From assembly GCA_016839805.1 (NCBI GenBank), contig JAEOTO010000032.1, positions 192,001-256,000 on the forward strand: 64,000 nt of DNA. Reading direction: 5' to 3'. Below, in pieces: positions 45,831-56,501 of the stretch. This DNA is from Candidatus Hermodarchaeota archaeon (GTDB taxonomy: Archaea; Asgardarchaeota; Hermodarchaeia; Hermodarchaeales; Hermodarchaeaceae). Both the position numbers and the translations under genes were made by a program. Positions within the stretch are counted from its first letter, which is position 1. Each line of letters begins with the position of its first letter. The notes under the pieces are model-generated. The model ran no database searches, was not told where the DNA came from, and saw only the letters and a program-made list of their open reading frames with translations.

Positions 45831-47573
45831 ATGTCACTTAAGCTTGCCGAAATTGTGGATTTAATTGTGAGCAAATCCGGAAAATCCAAGGATGAGGTCC
45901 TTAAGCTCATTGAAGCTAAAAAGAAAGAACTGAACGGTTACGTCACTGACGAAGGAGCCGCATCACTTGTAGCTCGAGAGTTAGACCTCGATCTCTTTGA
46001 AAGACAACAAACACCAGAGCTCAAATTAACCGTCCGTGACCTTGTTGCGGGAATGACAGGTGTTTCATTAAATCTGAAAGTACTTCGAATTTATCCTGTT
46101 AGAACGTTTCAACGTAAACAAGGAGGCGAAGGAAAAGTTGCTAGCATACTAGGCAGTGACTCAACAGGATCCATTAGAGTGACATTCTGGAATAAACACA
46201 CCCAACCTATTGAGGATCAAGAATTTGACGAAGAGGATATTCTTCGAGTTATCAATGGAAGGGTGAGAACCGGGCTGCGTAATCAATTAGAAATCCATCT
46301 AGGAGGAGGAAGTCGAATAATGATCAATCCTCCTGACGTTGATTCAAAAGATTTTCCTAACGCTGTCATCACCTTTTCTAAAATAAATACACTTGCTGAG
46401 GGAATGAATGATGTTCACGCTGAAGTAAAAGTGGTTGCCAAATATCGTGTTACCACTTTCAGCCGTGGTGATTCAGATGGAACAGTAGCGAGCTTAGCTA
46501 TCCGCGATGACACTGGTCAAACTAGATTAGTATTATGGGATGAACAAAGTGAATGGTTCAATAAACTTTCATTAAACGATAGCATTCGAATCGAAAGTGG
46601 CTATGTTCGATTGGACCGAAATAATGAACCTGAACTGCATTTAGGTCGTCGTGGCCGAATTCAGATGATTAGTTCCGCATCTGATCTATCTTCCTCGGTG
46701 AAGCCATCGCAGTTGCAGACTCTTAAGGATCTTAATCCTGGTGATTTCGCGAGTGCTATTGGTGTAGCTGTATTAGAGAACCAAGGTCTAAGCACATTTA
46801 CTCGGCGTGATGGCAAAGAAGGAAAACGGCTGGTTTTCACATTTGCCGATAAAACTGGAAAAGTGCGGGCTGTTGCCTGGGGGCAAGCTGCTGAACGCCT
46901 TGCTGATGTCGAGGTAGGATCAACACTTCTACTAGAAGGTGCTAGTTGCCGTTCTGGGCTTCGGCAAGAATTAGAAATCCACATTAATGAATCAACACAG
47001 GTTATTCGAAATCCACCGAAATTAAAGATTTCAAGTCCTTCGGATACTCTCCTTATGAGCAGCAAATCCGATGCCCCGCATCAAATTATTGCGAATGTGA
47101 TTGAAGGTAATTATGTCACAGTGAAAGGAACTATTGTGCAGGTAATCCACCAAAAATCCGTTTATGATTCTTGTCCCCGTTGCTTCAAAAAGGTATCAAT
47201 TAGTAATTCAACAATATCCTGTCCTAAGTGTGGTGAAATCTCCCAATCGGAACCACGGTTAATCGCAAAAATTGTCATAGATGACGGAACAGAAAACATT
47301 CGTGCAAGTCTCATTGGAACATCAGCAGAGAAACTATTTGGCATAAGTGGGAAAGAAGCAAAAATCCTCATCGAAAAATCTGGTAACGAAGATGAACCGG
47401 TTCGACACGTAGAAGATATCTTGCTTGGAAAAGAAGTCAATTTATCTGGTCGAATTAGTCTAAATAACTTCTCAAACCAGTTAGAACTCTCGGTCAATGA
47501 AGTCTCGGAGGTTAATGCTCTTGAGACAATTAAACAGCTGATGGATATCCACGAACGAAAAGCCCAAAGGTAA
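45831..47573 (+). CDS. rpa: Replication protein A (multi-OB fold with zinc finger)
   Basis: Repeated D.TG.IR..W OB folds; CPRC...CPKC; DDGT. Confidence 0.9.
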   Translation: MSLKLAEIVDLIVSKSGKSKDEVLKLIEAKKKELNGYVTDEGAASLVARELDLDLFERQQTPELKLTVRDLVAGMTGVSLNLKVLRIYPVRTFQRKQGGEGKVASILGSDSTGSIRVTFWNKHTQPIEDQEFDEEDILRVINGRVRTGLRNQLEIHLGGGSRIMINPPDVDSKDFPNAVITFSKINTLAEGMNDVHAEVKVVAKYRVTTFSRGDSDGTVASLAIRDDTGQTRLVLWDEQSEWFNKLSLNDSIRIESGYVRLDRNNEPELHLGRRGRIQMISSASDLSSSVKPSQLQTLKDLNPGDFASAIGVAVLENQGLSTFTRRDGKEGKRLVFTFADKTGKVRAVAWGQAAERLADVEVGSTLLLEGASCRSGLRQELEIHINESTQVIRNPPKLKISSPSDTLLMSSKSDAPHQIIANVIEGNYVTVKGTIVQVIHQKSVYDSCPRCFKKVSISNSTISCPKCGEISQSEPRLIAKIVIDDGTENIRASLIGTSAEKLFGISGKEAKILIEKSGNEDEPVRHVEDILLGKEVNLSGRISLNNFSNQLELSVNEVSEVNALETIKQLMDIHERKAQR

Positions 47574-47636
47574 TGGCGTTTTAATATTTCAAGATGCTAT
47601 ATAGAACATCAAACTTATGCAATGAAGGGTATTCAA

Positions 47637-47915
47637 ATGGGTCGGCGACGTAGAAAAACAACTCCCAAGCGTCCTGTTCGAACAATTCCATCAATTTTCA
47701 ATTGTCCGAGATGTGGACGAAATGCAGTTCGTGTGGAACTAAACCGGAATATTGGGCAGGGAACAGTTCATTGTGGAAACTGTGATGTACAAGCCACAAT
47801 TACTATTACACCTCTAACAGAACCCGTTGATGCATATGGTGAATTTGTAGATATTTGTGCAACCCAACCTGTAACCTCATCAAAGACACCAAATTCACGA
47901 GTTTCTCAGGAATAG
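47637..47915 (+). CDS. elf1: Transcription elongation factor Elf1
   Basis: MGRRRRK...FNCPRC...CGNC...EPVDAYGEFVD. Confidence 0.9.
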   Translation: MGRRRRKTTPKRPVRTIPSIFNCPRCGRNAVRVELNRNIGQGTVHCGNCDVQATITITPLTEPVDAYGEFVDICATQPVTSSKTPNSRVSQE

Positions 47916-47980
47916 TAAGGTTTTTCATTTTTACCCAACTACGTATCCAAATCTGAAATGGCTCTCAATTGCTGGTTTAC

Positions 47981-48670
47981 ATGATAGTCTGTTGCATCAT
48001 TCCTGCTTATCAAGAATCGCGTGCGGTAGATCAGGTAGTAACAATTTCTCAGAAGTATTGTGACCTGGTGGTGGTAGTTGACGATGGCAGTACTGATGGT
48101 ACAGGACAAATTGCCCAAGATGCGGGTGCCACAGTACTCCGGCATCACCAAAATCGAGGGAAAGGTGCAGCTCTAAGGACTGGATTTGCCTTTGCAATAA
48201 AACACCAATATGATGTGATAATCACCTTGGATGGGGATTTGCAGCATAATCCTCATTCCATTCCCCGGTTTCTTACACACCTTAAACAAGGATTCGATAT
48301 CGTTGTGGGCTCGCGATATTCAACTCGATCTGAAAAAATGCCGTTTGTACGGAAATTAAGTAATCTCATCACTACACAAGCTCTTAGGGTGTTCTTCAAA
48401 ATACCCGTGACAGATTCCCAATCAGGCTATCGCGCTTTTAGAAGAACAGTGTTAGAAAGAATCTCTGTACGTGATGATGGATTTGCAGCAGAAACGGAGA
48501 TCCTCATCGACGCTCAACGAGCTGGGTTTGTAATTTCTGAGGTTCCCATTGCAACAAATTATGGGGATGAGGAATCGAAAATAAAGGCTCGCCGTGATAT
48601 TGCACAATGGCTTTTAACGCTTGCACGAAACCTGGTTTACCGTCCACGTTTTTTCAGCCACAGCACATAG
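47981..48670 (+). CDS. GT2 glycosyltransferase (DPM1-like)
   Basis: IIPAYQE, VDDGSTD, GKG, DGDLQH, DSQSGYR. Confidence 0.92.
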   Translation: MIVCCIIPAYQESRAVDQVVTISQKYCDLVVVVDDGSTDGTGQIAQDAGATVLRHHQNRGKGAALRTGFAFAIKHQYDVIITLDGDLQHNPHSIPRFLTHLKQGFDIVVGSRYSTRSEKMPFVRKLSNLITTQALRVFFKIPVTDSQSGYRAFRRTVLERISVRDDGFAAETEILIDAQRAGFVISEVPIATNYGDEESKIKARRDIAQWLLTLARNLVYRPRFFSHST

Positions 48671-49614
48671 ACAAACACTACAATCCCAGCAACTAACACT
48701 AATACTACAAAGAAAATCATAATCGACGTAGGATCTTGGAGTAAGGGAAAGGACATCCATCTAAAAATATTAGACCACAATAAGGAATTATCCATTGATT
48801 GGAACCAACTTTGATTTGTTGCAGCACAAATAGTGTCAGCAAACATTGTAGTTGATGTACATAACACAATTCGTGAATTTCCGTTTTCAAAGGCTGCTAA
48901 CCATCCTGGTTGGTTACTGATGTGTTGTCCATTTATCGCCACGGCTTCTGAGGTCTCAGCTCCTGTGGAGACAAGAAGAGGGGAGATATCGGTGGTAAGA
49001 GAACCTGCCGCAATTATGATGGATTTAAGCCCCGCTGCAAGGAGGTCACGATAGAAAGTCGTATTAAAGTCTGAACCGTTTATCTGGATGTTATAAGGGA
49101 TACCAATAGCGTTCATAGGATCGATTATCCCATCTCCTTGTGTATTATTACCCTCTAAGAATGTGGTAAATTGGATTCTATCTTCAGGCAGCCTTTGTAA
49201 AATCGCGTTCAATGCTATTGGATTTCCTAGCTGCCTTCCATCAACTTGATAGTCACTTAGCAGGAACAAAGAACCGCCCCGAGTTACGTAATTCGAGATG
49301 ACTTCCTGCTCTGATGATGAATAGTTTTTGCCTGGATTAGGAATGACCAAAATATGAGAACGAGATAGATTTTCTGCTGTTAATCTTCCTTCTTCCAAAA
49401 TTCTTACAAAATATTCTGGATACTCTTGGAGTTGATCAATGGCTTGTGAAAAGTTTCGATTTATAGGGCTAAACAATTGGTCGTGGCTAAAATCAATCAC
49501 AATCGTGATTTGCCCTTCTTCTCCTGAAGTCCTTGCACCTACTTGAGGTAGCACAAATATCAGTAGAATAACCACAAGTCCGACAATAATCTGTTGGCGG
49601 GAGGTATGGGCCAT
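48637..49614 (-). CDS. Membrane-anchored GIFT (GldG/IFT52/OST48-like) domain protein
   Basis: Signal peptide, IDFSH, ILVIPNP, YVTRGGSLFLL, C-terminal TM plus KKRGR. Confidence 0.7.
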   Translation of the reverse strand: MAHTSRQQIIVGLVVILLIFVLPQVGARTSGEEGQITIVIDFSHDQLFSPINRNFSQAIDQLQEYPEYFVRILEEGRLTAENLSRSHILVIPNPGKNYSSSEQEVISNYVTRGGSLFLLSDYQVDGRQLGNPIALNAILQRLPEDRIQFTTFLEGNNTQGDGIIDPMNAIGIPYNIQINGSDFNTTFYRDLLAAGLKSIIIAAGSLTTDISPLLVSTGAETSEAVAINGQHISNQPGWLAAFENGNSRIVLCTSTTMFADTICAATNQSWFQSMDNSLLWSNIFRWMSFPLLQDPTSIMIFFVVLVLVAGIVVFVYVLWLKKRGR

Positions 49615-49767
49615 TTAGCAAATTCACCTGCGTCTGATAGGCAGATGTGACAGGTGTTACACTTTAAAGCCTTTTCCTAATCGGAGTTACTAGAAATGAA
49701 TTAAAAAATGAATATTAGGTGCTGTCGTCAAAACGCATAAGAGTCACCATCATCCCCTGGTTAGACA

Positions 49768-50469
49768 ATGGCAACTCCTGTCGTCACTACTGAAGTTCAA
49801 CGGAAGCTCTTTCATTCACTAATGGTTTTAGTTGTTTTAATCAACTGGTTAGGAGTGCAATTTCTTGGACCTTTACGCGGTCCCCTATTATCCATTGGGT
49901 TTACAGGCATCTGCTTAGTATTCTTTCTTGGCTTTGACATTGCACGTATCCGAGTCTATGGCTACTTCCCCTTTCGACATATTACTGACCGTGTCATGCG
50001 ACCCAAAGAACGTACACGTCTTGGTGCAAGTGTATACTTTGCAGTTGGTACTATGTTCGCTTTTCTGTCACTTTATTTCATTAGTAATCTTCTTTTAATG
50101 TGGTTTAACTTGCACCTTAACTGGATGCTTTCAGGATGGCTAGCTGCTGGTGCTGTTCTCGTTGCAGCCATTGGTGATGGAGCTGCCGCAATAATCGGCA
50201 TGAGATTTGGACGCCATCGCATTAAAGGAAACCGCACCGTTGAAGGAACAATTGGTGGGTTTATCTTTGGATTTCTGGGGTTCATTCCCTTATGTTATTT
50301 TATCGGTGTTCCTTTGATTTACGGATTTATTGGTGCAATTGTTTTAGTGATTGTAGATTTTATTGCCTCACCAATCAATGACAATTTATTAAACCCAATC
50401 GTTATTGCGTTTACCCTAGCAATTTTTGAAATTACTATTCTCATTTTCTTTAGTATGGGGGTTGGTTAA
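49768..50469 (+). CDS. Dolichol/polyprenol kinase family (SEC59/DGK1/VTE5-like)
   Basis: RKLFH, GDGAAAIIG.RFG, RTVEG, NDNL. Confidence 0.85.
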   Translation: MATPVVTTEVQRKLFHSLMVLVVLINWLGVQFLGPLRGPLLSIGFTGICLVFFLGFDIARIRVYGYFPFRHITDRVMRPKERTRLGASVYFAVGTMFAFLSLYFISNLLLMWFNLHLNWMLSGWLAAGAVLVAAIGDGAAAIIGMRFGRHRIKGNRTVEGTIGGFIFGFLGFIPLCYFIGVPLIYGFIGAIVLVIVDFIASPINDNLLNPIVIAFTLAIFEITILIFFSMGVG

Positions 50470-53400
50470 TGCGGTATCAAGAATCCTACATCACAGCTAT
50501 CAAAGATGAAGTTCAACGGCTCGATCAGACCGCAAAAAAGGCGCGTGGTAAAGGTCTAGATCCAACTCCGAATGTTGAGATGCATCCAGCTGATGATGTT
50601 GCTGGGCGCGTGGAAGGATTAGTGGGACCTCCTGGTGTTGGGGAACGAATAAGACAATTAAGTGAAACTGAACCTGCTCAAAGCGTGGCATTTGAAATAG
50701 CCCGAGAGATCATACATGGCGCACGTACTGAGGGATTGGACATTGAAGCCGCTGCAGAACAAGCCATTCGTACAGCCTTGGCAATTTTGACCGAAGGAAT
50801 TACTGCGGGACCCATCGAGGGAATTGCTACTGTAAAAGTCAAGACCAATACGGATGGAAGTCGATATTTAGCCGTCTATTTTGCAGGACCTATCCGTGCT
50901 GCAGGTGGGACAGAGGCAGCACAAACTGTAATCGTTGCTGATGCAGTTCGACAAGAACTGGATTTAGATCGGTATAAACCTTCAATTGAGCATGTTGAAA
51001 GATATGTTGAAGAAGTCGATTTGTATAATCGGCAATCTCATCTTCAATACCCCTCAAAGCCGGAAGAGGTAAGGGTGGCAGCACGTAATATTCCCGTTGA
51101 AGTCACAGGTGAACCCACAGCTGAAGTAGAAGTCACCGGCTATCGAGATCTTCCCGGTGTAGAAACCAATCGACTTCGAGGGGGAGCAATCCTTGTTCTA
51201 AATGACAGTATCCTTGGAAAAACTCATAAATTAGCCAACCTCGTCGTGCAGCATTCTTTGTCAGGCTGGGATTGGCTGGAAAACTTAGCGCCTAGCGAAA
51301 CAGACGAGAATTTTATTGAACACCGGATTCAGCCGGAAGAAAAATACCTTGAAGATATGCCTGCTGGACGTCCAGCGTTAGCTTACCCATCACGGAAAGG
51401 TGGGTTCCGGATAAGATATGGTCGATCGCGAAACACTGGACTAGCAGCCCTCGGAGTTCACCCAGCTACAATGGTGCTCCTAGACAATTACATCGCTTGT
51501 GGAACTCAATTGAAAATTGAACGGCCGGGGAAGGGCTGTATTGCAATGCCCGTTGACTCCATTCATGGCCCCATCGTGAAATTACATAATGGCAGTATTA
51601 TTCGAGTAGATAAGGTTGATGAAGCGAACCAAATCCGTGATTATATTGCTAAAATTCTGTTCTTAGGCGACCTCCTAATTGGATTTGGAGAATTTCGTGA
51701 GAATAACCATCTACTCATTCCTGCCGGTTATTGTCCTGAATGGTGGGCTCAAGAAGTTCTAAGTGGTTTTCTCTCAGCATCTTCGGCGCAGCGTGATGAA
51801 CTATTCCAAAGCGTTGATAAACAAACCTTCTCCCTAATACTTAACGAACCTTTTCAAAACTTTCCGGATCCATGGCAAGCTTTAGCGATATCCACCATTA
51901 TTGGTGCTCCTTTACATCCACGATATCTATATTTCTGGGAAGACCTTTCTGCTACACAGCTACAGACATTACAAAAATGGACTCTTCAACTTACTGTGAA
52001 ACATAATAAGTCGCGGGTTATAGAGCTCCATGGTCCATTAGACACAGAGATAGAGCAAATTATCGATACTCTATGCATTCCTTGCGAAATTAAAGAGAAT
52101 AAGATAGCCTTCAAGGAAGCTGCTCCTATTCTTCATGCACTCTTCTTGGGTGAAACTCGATGCAAATTCACATCTTCACTAGATGACACAATTGATATCA
52201 TGAGCTATTTGCAAGCTAACTGGGTAATCCCCATTCATCCTAAAGGTACGTTTTATATTGGCGCTCGAATTGGACGTCCAGAAAAAGCAAAACGCCGAAA
52301 AATGGACCCACCACCTCATGGTATTTTTCCAGTGGGAAATGCCGGAGGAGCTACGAGGGATATACGAAAGGCTGAGAAAAAGAGTTCGATTACAGTTGAA
52401 ACCAATATCCGCCTCTGTCCTAGGTGCAGAGAAAATACCTTTCTTCGAATATGCCCCGAGTGTGAAATCGAAACCGAATCCATTCGTTGGTGCCCTACTT
52501 GTAAGCGACAAACTAAAGCCCAAACTTGTGGAGAATGCGGAAATTCAACCAATACGTATGGTCAAATCGAACTACACCTAAAGAAGTATATGGATCGAGC
52601 GCGGAAATGCTTTGGTGAAAGACTTCCTGGACGAGTAAAAGGCGTGAAGGGGTTAATGAGTAAACACAAGACCCCAGAACCTCTAGAAAAAGCTATACTC
52701 CGAGCACGTCACGATCTTTTCGTCTATAAAGACGGCACAATCCGGTTTGACATGACAGATGCCCCTTTAACCCATTTCAAGCCATGTGAGCTTAACGTCT
52801 CATCGGAAAAACTTCGTGAACTAGGGTATGCATTCGATAGACAAGGAAACACTCTAAACACCAAAGAACAAATCCTCGAACTCAAAACACAGGATATCAT
52901 TATTCCCTATGACTGTGCAAAACACCTCTACCGCGTATCCAAGTTTATCGACGACCTCCTCGTCCAGGTTTATCATCTCGATCCCTACTATGAACTCAAA
53001 GCTCCTGAGGATCTTCTTGGACACTTAGTCGTGGGTCTCGCACCCCACACCTCCGCAGGCGTTATCGGAAGAATCATCGGATTCACCCCACTCCGAGTAT
53101 GCTACGCACACCCCTTCTGGCACGCAGCGAAACGACGCAACTGTATTGACGGAAGTGAAGAGATTCTGATTTGGGATGCAGAAAAAACCAGACTTCTCAG
53201 ACGCCCTCTTGGGAGCACAGTTGAAGAACTCATTAATCAAGAAGTAAAACAAAGAATTGTTGATGATTTCGGAACCATTGCAATTGATAATCCCTATCAT
53301 AATTGGTTTGCTCTGAGCTTTGATCCGGAAAAATTACATCCAATACTACAGCCAATTAAACATTGGATTAAAGGGCAAAGTACGAACTGGGTTGAAATCA

Positions 53401-55535
53401 CAACGCAATCTGGCAGAAGTATCAAACTGACACCAGATCATGGCATCTACAAATGGAATAACACCACGAAAGCCCTTGAAAAAGTCAAAGCACTCAATTT
53501 GAAAAAAGGCGATCATATTCCTGTCATATGTTCAAATCATATACCTTCGGATTATTCCATATCCTCATTTAACGTCCTTCAAGAGCTGGTTATTAACCTC
53601 CCCCATACAAAAAAATTCCAAAAGTTTAAACATGCCACACGACTTCGTGAAGCGTCCAAATGGATGAAGTCTAAACTTAACCAGTTTGGTCTGAGTCTTC
53701 TACAAAATAAGACTAAGGTGAATTTGCAACCGAAACCAGGTCAATGGAAAATTTCTAACACTTTACGAAAATATTTCCAATCCAAACTTCCAAGACGACC
53801 CTACAAACAAATTTTCAACTACAATTGGTTCAACTCTATTCCATTATCCCACTTGGAGATCCTTGAAAAAGAAGGCGTGTTCAAATGGGAAGAAATTCCA
53901 AACACGTCCAAAATTGGAATGGCACGTGATGCAAAGACAATTTCTCCTTATATCCCATTTACAGATGAATTTTGTCGTCTTTTAGGATACTATGTCACTG
54001 AAGGTTACATAAGGGATGAACCTAGCTGCTACCAAACCAACTTTAGTGTTCCCAATCAGGAGATTCGTAATCATCTTAGAACACTAATTAAAAACATTCT
54101 TGGCTCGAAACCTTACTACAAGCAAGATAATCATCAACTAGTTCATTCAAATCGTATTCATGCGTATTTGTTGGCCTACGCATGGGAAATGGGCAAAAAA
54201 GCACTAGATAAACGAATACCAAATTTCATTTTCAATGCCAAGAAACAACACCAACTTCATTTTATATCAGCCCTCATCGATGCGGACGGATCAATAATTC
54301 CCCAAGCATGCCGAACTACCCTCTATACGGGTAATAAAAAACTAGCAGAAGATTATTGTCTCCTTTTCTCGTCCTTAGGAATTTTTGCCCGAATTAGTCC
54401 TGTAAAAGGTGGACGCTTTGGTCAAAAAGTGTTAGAAAGATACGATGAACTTGGGATCCCACCGAAGGAAACAACGGGTCTTTACCACGTCAATATTCCC
54501 GGATGGGAGAACATACCACTATTACCAAATCTATTATTGGTTCATAGGAAAAAATCTGAAAGTGTCCAGAAAATAATCAGAGAGGGGTACCCCAAGTCGC
54601 AAAGGATTTCAAGAATTAGTGACTCGATGATAGCTGATCAAATTAAAAATATTGAATATTCCCATGAAACTAATCCTTCATACTGTCTTGAAGTTCAAAC
54701 GGTGAACGAAGAAGTTCCTGCTTATCATAACATCGCTCAAAACACAATGTTATGCGTTGCTCAATGTGATGGTGATGAGGATAGTGTGTTGTTGGCTCTT
54801 GATCCGATGATTAATTTTTCGCGGGAGTATCTTCCAACGTCGCGGGGTGGGACGATGGATACTCCGTTGGTGCTCAGTGTGTCGATCACTCCGAAGGAAA
54901 TTGATGCTGAAGCACATAACATTGATGGAAATGGGATTTATCCGCTTGAGTTTTATGAGCGGACGATGCAATTCGCAGATCCCAAGGATGTCGAAGATAT
55001 CTTTGATTTAGTAGCTCATCGGGTGGTTGATCATCGAATTAGTCCTACAGCAGAGTCCTATGGCCTGCAGTTTTCACATCCTACAGGTGATGTAAATTAT
55101 GGTCCACGGATTACTACCTATACGAAATTGAATACAATGCAAGAAAAGGTTGAGCGCCAATTCGCTATTGGAAGGCGAATTGCAGCAGTGGACGTCCAAG
55201 ACATGGCTAGGAGACTTTTGGACTCCCATTTCCTTCCTGATATTTTTGGAAACATTCGGGCTTTCTCCACTCAGCAATTTCGGTGTACAAGTTGTAATGA
55301 AAAATATCGGCGTATACCATTATCTGGTAAATGTTCAGTGTGTTCAGGAAAATTGGTATTAACTGTCACTAAAGCTGGAATTATCAAATATTTGGATTTA
55401 GCAACCAAAATCGCTCAAGAATATAATCTACCTCAATATTACCAACAACGATTAGAGATGGCAGCCAGAATCGTCGATTCGCTCTTTCCTCCTGAAGAAG
55501 ATAAACAACAAACCACTCTAAAGCGGTTTTCATGA
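50469..55535 (+). CDS. polC: DNA polymerase D large subunit DP2 with intein
   Basis: AGPIRAAGGT, RYGRSRN, YKDGTIRFD, AAKRRN|CDGDED, C-terminal zinc finger. Confidence 0.97.
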   Translation: MRYQESYITAIKDEVQRLDQTAKKARGKGLDPTPNVEMHPADDVAGRVEGLVGPPGVGERIRQLSETEPAQSVAFEIAREIIHGARTEGLDIEAAAEQAIRTALAILTEGITAGPIEGIATVKVKTNTDGSRYLAVYFAGPIRAAGGTEAAQTVIVADAVRQELDLDRYKPSIEHVERYVEEVDLYNRQSHLQYPSKPEEVRVAARNIPVEVTGEPTAEVEVTGYRDLPGVETNRLRGGAILVLNDSILGKTHKLANLVVQHSLSGWDWLENLAPSETDENFIEHRIQPEEKYLEDMPAGRPALAYPSRKGGFRIRYGRSRNTGLAALGVHPATMVLLDNYIACGTQLKIERPGKGCIAMPVDSIHGPIVKLHNGSIIRVDKVDEANQIRDYIAKILFLGDLLIGFGEFRENNHLLIPAGYCPEWWAQEVLSGFLSASSAQRDELFQSVDKQTFSLILNEPFQNFPDPWQALAISTIIGAPLHPRYLYFWEDLSATQLQTLQKWTLQLTVKHNKSRVIELHGPLDTEIEQIIDTLCIPCEIKENKIAFKEAAPILHALFLGETRCKFTSSLDDTIDIMSYLQANWVIPIHPKGTFYIGARIGRPEKAKRRKMDPPPHGIFPVGNAGGATRDIRKAEKKSSITVETNIRLCPRCRENTFLRICPECEIETESIRWCPTCKRQTKAQTCGECGNSTNTYGQIELHLKKYMDRARKCFGERLPGRVKGVKGLMSKHKTPEPLEKAILRARHDLFVYKDGTIRFDMTDAPLTHFKPCELNVSSEKLRELGYAFDRQGNTLNTKEQILELKTQDIIIPYDCAKHLYRVSKFIDDLLVQVYHLDPYYELKAPEDLLGHLVVGLAPHTSAGVIGRIIGFTPLRVCYAHPFWHAAKRRNCIDGSEEILIWDAEKTRLLRRPLGSTVEELINQEVKQRIVDDFGTIAIDNPYHNWFALSFDPEKLHPILQPIKHWIKGQSTNWVEITTQSGRSIKLTPDHGIYKWNNTTKALEKVKALNLKKGDHIPVICSNHIPSDYSISSFNVLQELVINLPHTKKFQKFKHATRLREASKWMKSKLNQFGLSLLQNKTKVNLQPKPGQWKISNTLRKYFQSKLPRRPYKQIFNYNWFNSIPLSHLEILEKEGVFKWEEIPNTSKIGMARDAKTISPYIPFTDEFCRLLGYYVTEGYIRDEPSCYQTNFSVPNQEIRNHLRTLIKNILGSKPYYKQDNHQLVHSNRIHAYLLAYAWEMGKKALDKRIPNFIFNAKKQHQLHFISALIDADGSIIPQACRTTLYTGNKKLAEDYCLLFSSLGIFARISPVKGGRFGQKVLERYDELGIPPKETTGLYHVNIPGWENIPLLPNLLLVHRKKSESVQKIIREGYPKSQRISRISDSMIADQIKNIEYSHETNPSYCLEVQTVNEEVPAYHNIAQNTMLCVAQCDGDEDSVLLALDPMINFSREYLPTSRGGTMDTPLVLSVSITPKEIDAEAHNIDGNGIYPLEFYERTMQFADPKDVEDIFDLVAHRVVDHRISPTAESYGLQFSHPTGDVNYGPRITTYTKLNTMQEKVERQFAIGRRIAAVDVQDMARRLLDSHFLPDIFGNIRAFSTQQFRCTSCNEKYRRIPLSGKCSVCSGKLVLTVTKAGIIKYLDLATKIAQEYNLPQYYQQRLEMAARIVDSLFPPEEDKQQTTLKRFS
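53142..54764 (+). mobile_element. LAGLIDADG intein (541 aa) in DP2, ending in Gln
   Basis: RRN|CIDG...TPDH...LGYYVTEG...ALIDADG...VAQ|CDGDED. Confidence 0.93.
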
Positions 55536-55553
55536 AGTTACTCAGATTACATG

Positions 55554-56399
55554 CTATGGTGGTTTTTGTAAAAGAATTTTCATTAAATTCTTGTCACGAA
55601 TGATACCAACTAGTTCACCTTGTGCAGTGGTGACTGGGAGTTGATCAATATCGTGTCGGCGCATGATTTTGGTGACCTCACCAATAGTGGCCTGCTCGTA
55701 TGTGGTGATGATTCCGCTTATCATCACTTCTGTTACAGGTTTATCTGGAAGTTGTAATTCATTTGTTGTAATATAGAGCACAGTTGTGGCGTCCCAAGAC
55801 CAATCCGTTCCTTCGCTTGCTGCGGACGATGTCGATCTGCGTTCACGTACAATTTCACTTAGGTTTATTATATCGCTTACAGAGATGATTCCCACAAGGT
55901 CACCTTTCTCTGAGATAACAGGCAAAACATCAGTAGCAGCTAACCGCATTATCGTGTACGCGGCTTTCAGAGGTGTATTTTCCCAAACAGCTGTTACTTG
56001 TCGCTCAACAAAAGGTGTGATTGGCTCATCGACATATTGCACGCTTATGACCTTTCGGATTATCTGATGGACCGTAATCATACCTTTCAGGCGACGTTTT
56101 GAATCAACTACCGCTAGCCGTCGAATTCCTTGGTCCAGAAGAATTCGAACTGCTTCTTCAACGTCGTTTGTCTGAGAGATTACAGGTGGGTTTCTATCCA
56201 TTAAGAGTGCTAATTGATCCTCATCGGCTTTTCGCATCAAGTCAAGACGTGATACCATTCCTGCCAGCTCCTGGGTATCCTTTTTCACTAAAGGAATAGC
56301 CGTTTTTCCATGATCTGACATAATCTGGAGTACAGTGTCACGAGTACCAGGAACTGACGCCTGAGCAAATTCCGTCTTCATCACTTCTTTAACTTTCAT
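55554..56399 (-). CDS. Four-CBS-domain protein
   Basis: Repeated CBS motifs (IRRLAVVD, IDQLPV); conserved archaeal DWSWD loop. Confidence 0.9.
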   Translation of the reverse strand: MKVKEVMKTEFAQASVPGTRDTVLQIMSDHGKTAIPLVKKDTQELAGMVSRLDLMRKADEDQLALLMDRNPPVISQTNDVEEAVRILLDQGIRRLAVVDSKRRLKGMITVHQIIRKVISVQYVDEPITPFVERQVTAVWENTPLKAAYTIMRLAATDVLPVISEKGDLVGIISVSDIINLSEIVRERRSTSSAASEGTDWSWDATTVLYITTNELQLPDKPVTEVMISGIITTYEQATIGEVTKIMRRHDIDQLPVTTAQGELVGIIRDKNLMKILLQKPP

Positions 56400-56501
56400 A
56401 ATAACGCATCCCGAGGAGCAATATCACTGACAAAACAGCATGATATTGAAAACCTTAAGTTATTGGACACAGACCGTTAAAAAGGGTTGCTAATCGGATT
56501 T

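Noticed and set aside
37526-54764. Both inteins are exactly 541 aa
   Set aside because: The sequences are dissimilar outside generic intein blocks; treated as coincidence
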